From positions 160,001 to 224,000 of the forward strand of contig CAXXUA010000005.1 of the NCBI GenBank assembly GCA_963663765.2: a DNA stretch of 64,000 bases, read 5' to 3'. The notes under the pieces are model-generated. The model searched no databases, was not told the DNA's origin, and was given only the letters and a program-made list of their open reading frames with translations. This document shows positions 59,701 through 64,000 of this stretch, one piece after another. The number at the start of each line of letters is the position of its first letter. Within the stretch, counting starts at the first letter, position 1. The stretch comes from Candidatus Poribacteria bacterium. Its GTDB lineage: Bacteria; Poribacteria; WGA-4E; WGA-3G. The translations under genes were made by a program, and so were the position numbers.

Positions 59701-60350
59701 CGGAAGAAGAGCAACTTGAAGCTGCCCTTGAACAACTTGAAACGTTTGAAGAACAGATGCAAGATATGCAGCGTGAACAAGAAGGGATGGAAGGTCAAGA
59801 ACAGAGCGAAGCACAACAGCAACGTGAGCAACAACTTGCTGAACAGAATCAACAACTGATGGAACGTATGCAAGAAGCTCAGGAAGCTATGCAAAATGCA
59901 CAGGAAGGGCAACAACCCGGACAGGAAGGGCAACAACCCGGACAGGAAGGGCAACAACCCGGACAAGAAGGGCAACAACCCGGACAAGAAGGGCAACAAC
60001 CCGGACAAGAAGGGCAACAACCCGGACAGGAAGGGCAACAACCCGGACAGGAAGGACAAACAGAAAACGAAACTGATATGGCACGTGGTGGTGTGGAATC
60101 GTATCGTGAGATAAAAGAGTTGTGGCTTGAAATGTTGGATTCCATGCAACCGCCATCAAGAAGTAATCGCTCGCGTCCCTTACCGAATTATGAACTTTCA
60201 ATTCGTGCATTGCAGAAGTTAGAAACTGCTTTAGAGGATCGTTTGAATTCGTTGCAAGAGAAAAAGCAGTTGACACAAGTTGCAAAGGAAGATGTTCCAC
60301 CTGAATACCGTAAGCTTGTTAATAAGTATTATGAGTCTTTAGCGAAGTAA
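56766..60350 (+). CDS. DUF4175-like membrane-anchored protein with Ig-like domains and a Gln-rich coiled-coil
   Basis: N-term TM helices, 'E...P.L.DRLVSAV', 'Y.YP.YT', 'A.DDFG' and C-term 'VPPEYRKLVNKYYESL'. Confidence 0.8.
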   Translation: MERREEYTELQTKILAARRVWKRSLFWTGFAIVLIGLLAILVGGSIVDWLMPLPSAVRVVFLVGIVGTTTYLLYRYLVVPIRAALSLRDVALNVEHSHPDLEDRLVSAVQFGSRETDDPIEAHMLQRLLTDTVDRIKGIDFKATVDHSRTRKYMGIAALVIAACGLLTLLFPTETQTSLMRLLVPWEKTDPIMTTKVEVTPGDARILRGKSLPIAVNVTGKDADKVVLTYYDKDNPPTAENEGSKQEINMLQNPDDKRGFAYEIFNIEMEMEYFVVANETTSESFTVEVFEMPRVEDVSVSYTYPEYTDLSPVVQQGSGDIKAIVGTTAEIRFTTNKAIQKATFTMKSKKDAAPTEDVGESDTAASNSLEMTIADGNTLTTTIEVLDDGKYTVDLFCIDEFQNEIPIEYSIKAIPDKPPEVVVKEPGRDVKATKLEEVKIVAEAKDDFGVEELNLKYRIGAGELKKIALEATGELGTDMQSGKKVRNGTYTFYLEEFDIEPGQVISYYAHAVDNNTLTGPSEARSDIYFIEIKPFNQRYEDQEPMDMEGMPNPMTGLIALQKQVIRETWSHVNNQPKIATEEFASDVKKTSQKQGEVKDKTQEVVDNFSMQMQEQPVPPEIMMNLEEAIDKMGEAMDELNATKPMDAIPPEQAALELLNKVDLEMPKVLQQARSNQPQMAENLEMELEDLQNELEQNQEELEEQLQEQTQQMLDQAREMLEQQQNLNEQSQEMGKQDQPSPSDMQQNSQQQGQLSQQAEQMSQQLGQMQGNAQDPQQQRLAQAGQSMQQASEQMQQASQGMQQQEPQMSAAKGEKAEERLEEAIEQLEKASSEFTDNALERAAQQLQQMTEEQSQVQQQTQELRNRSQQQGGMSAEDYREASELANQQRQLQRDLESFEENLDNVQEQLNEENPEAAENVADASERLAEEQTSEDMATAQRALQWRSLQSADLNQQEVVETLEQAQADLQQARANMAQTEEEQLEAALEQLETFEEQMQDMQREQEGMEGQEQSEAQQQREQQLAEQNQQLMERMQEAQEAMQNAQEGQQPGQEGQQPGQEGQQPGQEGQQPGQEGQQPGQEGQQPGQEGQQPGQEGQTENETDMARGGVESYREIKELWLEMLDSMQPPSRSNRSRPLPNYELSIRALQKLETALEDRLNSLQEKKQLTQVAKEDVPPEYRKLVNKYYESLAK
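59901..60059 (+). repeat. 21-bp coding tandem repeat (QEGQQPG x7)
   Basis: CARGAAGGGCAACAACCCGGA units. Confidence 0.95.
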
Positions 60351-60461
60351 GATCCTTTATTTCCTAAATATATTTGTAGGGACAATTCGGTAGTTCCCAG
60401 TTGTCCCTACAATTTTTTGCCTAATAAGTAGTTTTGGTAAAAAAAGAATAGGAGGGTATTC

Positions 60462-60836
60462 ATGCGTATTTTATTTATGATTTTAGTAATCAGTATTGTA
60501 TTTGTAGGTTGTGATGACGCTGATATAGCAAACCGTAACTTATCTAAAGCAGCAGACAATTTTGAAATCACCCGTAGGATTATATTTTACAATGGTATCA
60601 CCGACACTTATATTTTGAATATAGAAGGTAAATGTAGTATCAACGACAATGGACTTGGTCAACTTGAAGTCGTATGCAAAACGGGTGATAACACTTATAA
60701 GAAACATTTTCTTGGACTATCCGATAATGTGACATATTTCGCAGAACAGCTTGAAAGTGCAAATGTAAGTAAGGATCACTATCGGGTAACGTTTAAACCA
60801 CAAGCGATTATACCTGATGTTGATGTGCGTAACTAA
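60462..60836 (+). CDS. Small lipoprotein resembling a conserved phage protein family (mycobacteriophage gp64-like)
   Basis: GGAGGG RBS; lipobox FVGC; 'NLSKAADNFEI.RRI.FYNGITD' and 'YKKHFLGLSDNVTYF.EQL' recognised from memory as phage-associated. Confidence 0.7.
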   Translation: MRILFMILVISIVFVGCDDADIANRNLSKAADNFEITRRIIFYNGITDTYILNIEGKCSINDNGLGQLEVVCKTGDNTYKKHFLGLSDNVTYFAEQLESANVSKDHYRVTFKPQAIIPDVDVRN

Positions 60837-60844
60837 TTAAAGAT

Positions 60845-61134
60845 TGAGTTAACTCCCAAAAATAAACTAACTCAAGGATTAACAACAGTGATAGAATTTA
60901 CTGAATAAATTGAAAACTGAATAACCCTGGTATAGGCGTTATGTTAGGGGTATTCAGTTTTTAGCATTTTAGCTGTTTCCTGAGAAAATCGCGACCGGCA
61001 AATCAAGAAATCAACGGTATGAATGCGCGTATGGCATTCCCCGGGTATGAATGCCTTTTGGCATTCCCCGGGTCGCTCCTACCGCGGGGTTTCTTTTTCA
61101 AAAATCCAAAAATCAGGAAAACTGAATAACCCTG
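60845..61134. repeat. 85-bp repeat copy followed by a CAGGGTTATT-family element containing a REP arm and double GAATGCC module
   Basis: TAGGGGTATTCAGTTTT at 60945 ... AAAACTGAATAACCCTG at 61118-61134. Confidence 0.7.
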
Positions 61135-61318
61135 CCGTATAGACGTTAGGTATTTGAAAAATTGACTAACCATTGCTATAGTATAAATAAAAACTAAAGC
61201 GTATCTCATTAATGCAATTTGACCAAATTCACCGAATCTCGTGCTTAGTAAATTGAGGATAGAAAACCCACCTACGATTTATGAGATAGGTTGTATATAC
61301 AATCTTATGGAGTAAAAT

Positions 61319-62146
61319 ATGGAACAACCATTTATTGTAAAACCAGGAGAAAGTATCAGTCTTATAGGAGGAAAAAAGAGTCTATCATCTAATTGTAATC
61401 CCGATAATACTGGTTCTTACAGCAAAAAAGATGATACAAAAAAACCACTAAAGAAACTACATAAAAAGTTGCTGGAACTTCAGGAAATACTTTATGCAGA
61501 AGGTAAACATTCTCTGCTTATCATTTTGCAAGGTATGGACACATGTGGAAAAGATGGTACTATAAGGAAAGTGATGTCTGGTATCAATGTGCAGGGTTGT
61601 GAAGTTGTAAATTTTAAAGCGCCGACAGAAGATGACCTTTCCCGTGATTACTTATGGCGAGTGCACAAATCTGTTCCGCGTAAAGGTAAGATTGGGATAT
61701 TCAACCGTTCTCAATACGAGGATGTGCTGGTTGTCCGCGTTCATGATCTTGTTCCGAAGTCAGTTTGGAAGAAACGGTACCAACACATCAATGATTTTGA
61801 AAGAATGCTTGTAGAAAATGGAACAGTCGTCCTGAAGTTTTTCTTAAACATATCAAAGGATGAACAGAAGGAACGACTTGAATCTCGGATTAACACGCCT
61901 TCAAAACATTGGAAGGTCAACGAAGCAGATTTTCATGAACGCACCTATTGGGACGATTATATGCAAGCGTATGAAGTTGTTCTTGAAAAATGTAGCACTG
62001 AATGGGCTCCATGGTATATTATTCCTGCTAATAAAAAATGGTATCGTGATCTTGTCATTACTGAACGCATTGTCAAAACTCTTGAGAATTTGAATATGAA
62101 ATTCCCAAAACCAAATACTGATGTTTCAAAACTTTCTATAGAATGA
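61319..62146 (+). CDS. ppk2: Polyphosphate kinase 2 family protein
   Basis: QGMDTCGKDG, FKAPT, FNRSQYEDVL and APWYIIPAN.KWYR. Confidence 0.92.
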   Translation: MEQPFIVKPGESISLIGGKKSLSSNCNPDNTGSYSKKDDTKKPLKKLHKKLLELQEILYAEGKHSLLIILQGMDTCGKDGTIRKVMSGINVQGCEVVNFKAPTEDDLSRDYLWRVHKSVPRKGKIGIFNRSQYEDVLVVRVHDLVPKSVWKKRYQHINDFERMLVENGTVVLKFFLNISKDEQKERLESRINTPSKHWKVNEADFHERTYWDDYMQAYEVVLEKCSTEWAPWYIIPANKKWYRDLVITERIVKTLENLNMKFPKPNTDVSKLSIE

Positions 62147-62165
62147 AATACTTTAGGAACATAGA

Positions 62166-62945
62166 ATGCTGTCTACTGAACAATTAAAGCACTTTGAAGA
62201 ACGGGGATATTTGATTCTTTCTGGATTGATTCCCACAGGGACTGTACAGAAAGCTGAGAAAGCGATGTGGCATTGTTTGGGTATGGACGAAACTGATTCT
62301 GACACATGGGAAGAGGTGCAACGTCCATTTCTTACTGGTTTTTATATTGAACGGATGGGAAATGGTAAACGGGTTGAACTCTATGGTGTGACTCATCCGG
62401 ATGTGTTAGCATGTTGTACACCAGAATATCTTACTGTCCTAAAACAACTTGCTGAAAAATATCCAAATATCCCACATTGTAAGAGTCAAGAACCAGATGG
62501 CATTTGGGCAATAAACCAATTTCCGATAGATGGTAAGTGGAAACCTTCTACGCCACATCTTGATGGAGACTTCCGAGATTTACGATTGGATCCTGGAACG
62601 TTTCGAACAACGAGTTTAACCTATCTCACCGATTCCAATTCTCAACAAGGAACGACTATGATCTGGCCGGAGGGTGCGGAACGGATACGAGCGTTTCGCA
62701 AAAAGAATCCGGAATTTTCTAACCATGTGCGTGATATGCGTGCACATTTTCCGAAGTTGGATTTGGGAGAACCGATGGAAGTTGTTGCTAAACAAGGAGA
62801 TGTCCTGTTTTTTCATCATCTATTGCCACATTCTGGAACGATGAATGTTGGCACTTCGCCGCGTTTCGCTATACGTTATATGTGTCTGTGCTATGATTGC
62901 CGCGCTTGGCAGAAAAAAGGGGAGTGGAATGTCTGGATGCCGTAG
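62166..62945 (+). CDS. Phytanoyl-CoA dioxygenase (PhyH) family protein
   Basis: F.E.GYL, HLD (HxD) and GDVLFFH...PHSG..N...PR. Confidence 0.87.
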   Translation: MLSTEQLKHFEERGYLILSGLIPTGTVQKAEKAMWHCLGMDETDSDTWEEVQRPFLTGFYIERMGNGKRVELYGVTHPDVLACCTPEYLTVLKQLAEKYPNIPHCKSQEPDGIWAINQFPIDGKWKPSTPHLDGDFRDLRLDPGTFRTTSLTYLTDSNSQQGTTMIWPEGAERIRAFRKKNPEFSNHVRDMRAHFPKLDLGEPMEVVAKQGDVLFFHHLLPHSGTMNVGTSPRFAIRYMCLCYDCRAWQKKGEWNVWMP

Positions 62946-63087
62946 AAATGATCCGTATTCAAGTCTTTTCAAACGTTACACTTATCCATCCAAGCAATAT
63001 TATTATTATTTATGAATCTTTACAACATTCTATCGAAATTGATTATTTTACATGTTATGAGTAATTAACTATAATTTACTACCAAAA

Positions 63088-63891
63088 TTGGAGGATATTA
63101 TGAACCAATATCTTGAACGAAATATGTCAACATTAAAATATGGTAAATACCACAATTCTATTTTTTCAATGTGTTTTGTTATTATATTCGTTTTTAGTCT
63201 ATTTCTGGTACAGGCTACAATTGCTCAAACGGTCTTAGTTGAAACTGGATTTGAGGAATTTGATCTCGGTGTTGCACCCACAGATTGGGCAGTAAGAGGG
63301 TCTCAGATCGTCGTGTCCGATGACACAGTAAAGACCGGTGAGAAAGCACTCGGAATTTTGGGAGCCAATGACGATAATGTCGGAGTCGCAATAGAAACCG
63401 AAAACCCTATTATCTCAGTAGAATTTTGGGCATACATCAAGGGTGGGGGTCGATCGTTTAATTTCAAAGTAGTTACAAATGAATCAGTTGGAATAAACGA
63501 TGGTGGTGTCTATCTTAATTGGAATGCAAACGCAACCCGAATATACGACGGGTCTGCTTGGGTTCCAGTTGGTGAATTTCCTTTTGAAACTTGGAAATAT
63601 GTTAGGATTGTCGCTGATGCAACGAACAGTGTATTTGATTACTATGTCGGGGATGATCGTGAATCAGTTTTGTTAGCTGATCCGATTTCAGGACTTGCAT
63701 TTCGGAATGCTGCTGAAAATCCTGTTGCACAGTGGGTTTCATTTCATGTTTATTCCACAGTTGCTCAAGGTTTCATAGATGACCTACTTGTCTACGAAGG
63801 TGCGGATCCGCCTTCCCTTACACCTGTTGATCCAAAAGGAAAACTCGCAACCTATTGGGGGCATGTCAAAAAGCAATCCACGTTTAAATAG
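63088..63891 (+). CDS. Secreted beta-sandwich protein with a Poribacteria-type C-terminal motif
   Basis: Signal peptide; 'FIDDL.VY'; terminal PVDPKGKLATYWGHVK. True start is probably a downstream ATG (63100 or later). Confidence 0.75.
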   Translation: MEDIMNQYLERNMSTLKYGKYHNSIFSMCFVIIFVFSLFLVQATIAQTVLVETGFEEFDLGVAPTDWAVRGSQIVVSDDTVKTGEKALGILGANDDNVGVAIETENPIISVEFWAYIKGGGRSFNFKVVTNESVGINDGGVYLNWNANATRIYDGSAWVPVGEFPFETWKYVRIVADATNSVFDYYVGDDRESVLLADPISGLAFRNAAENPVAQWVSFHVYSTVAQGFIDDLLVYEGADPPSLTPVDPKGKLATYWGHVKKQSTFK

Positions 63892-63950
63892 TACCGATTT
63901 CCCTTTGGCTTTTCAATTGTTGCATTAAATTTGCTTTCAAGGAGGAGATA

Positions 63951-64000
63951 ATGTATAAAAATCAGAGTCGCATAAGTAATGGATGTACCACCACAAGAAC
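63951..64000 (+). CDS. Possible start of a CDS running off the window
   Basis: AGGAGGAG RBS followed by ATG; only 16 codons visible. Confidence 0.4.
   Translation, partial: MYKNQSRISNGCTTTR

Overview
Bacterial chromosomal window of moderate GC, most likely Candidatus Poribacteria. This is an inference from the C-terminal 'LQNYPNPFNPETWIPY' and 'V.PKGKLATYWG.VK' export motifs, an ECF sigma factor fused to a TM helix and extracytoplasmic domain, and the Gfo/Idh/MocA, sulfatase, PhyH, Uma2 and Rpn genes. The left half is accessory: two tandem secreted repeat proteins, three 345-aa Gfo/Idh/MocA paralogs, a two-gene candidate anti-phage operon (Mrr-like nuclease-STAND NTPase of Avs type plus a translationally coupled HEPN protein), an ECF sigma factor fused to an apparently dead M16 peptidase next to an intact paralog, a sigma54-type locus of CX4CH cytochrome lipoproteins (one with a ~70-Asp tail) split by an IS, and an orphan degraded phage terminase. 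The right half is a core cluster (lnt, frameshifting prfB, lysS, lolC/E, lolD, ilvE, bamA, skp, lpxD, groESL) with Uma2, GNAT and Rpn insertions; the Rpn C-terminal module is duplicated. Intergenic DNA is dense with nested MITE/REP-like repeats, several with visible target-site duplications. No rRNA, tRNA or CRISPR array was recognised. All family calls come from motif reading by eye, not database searches.
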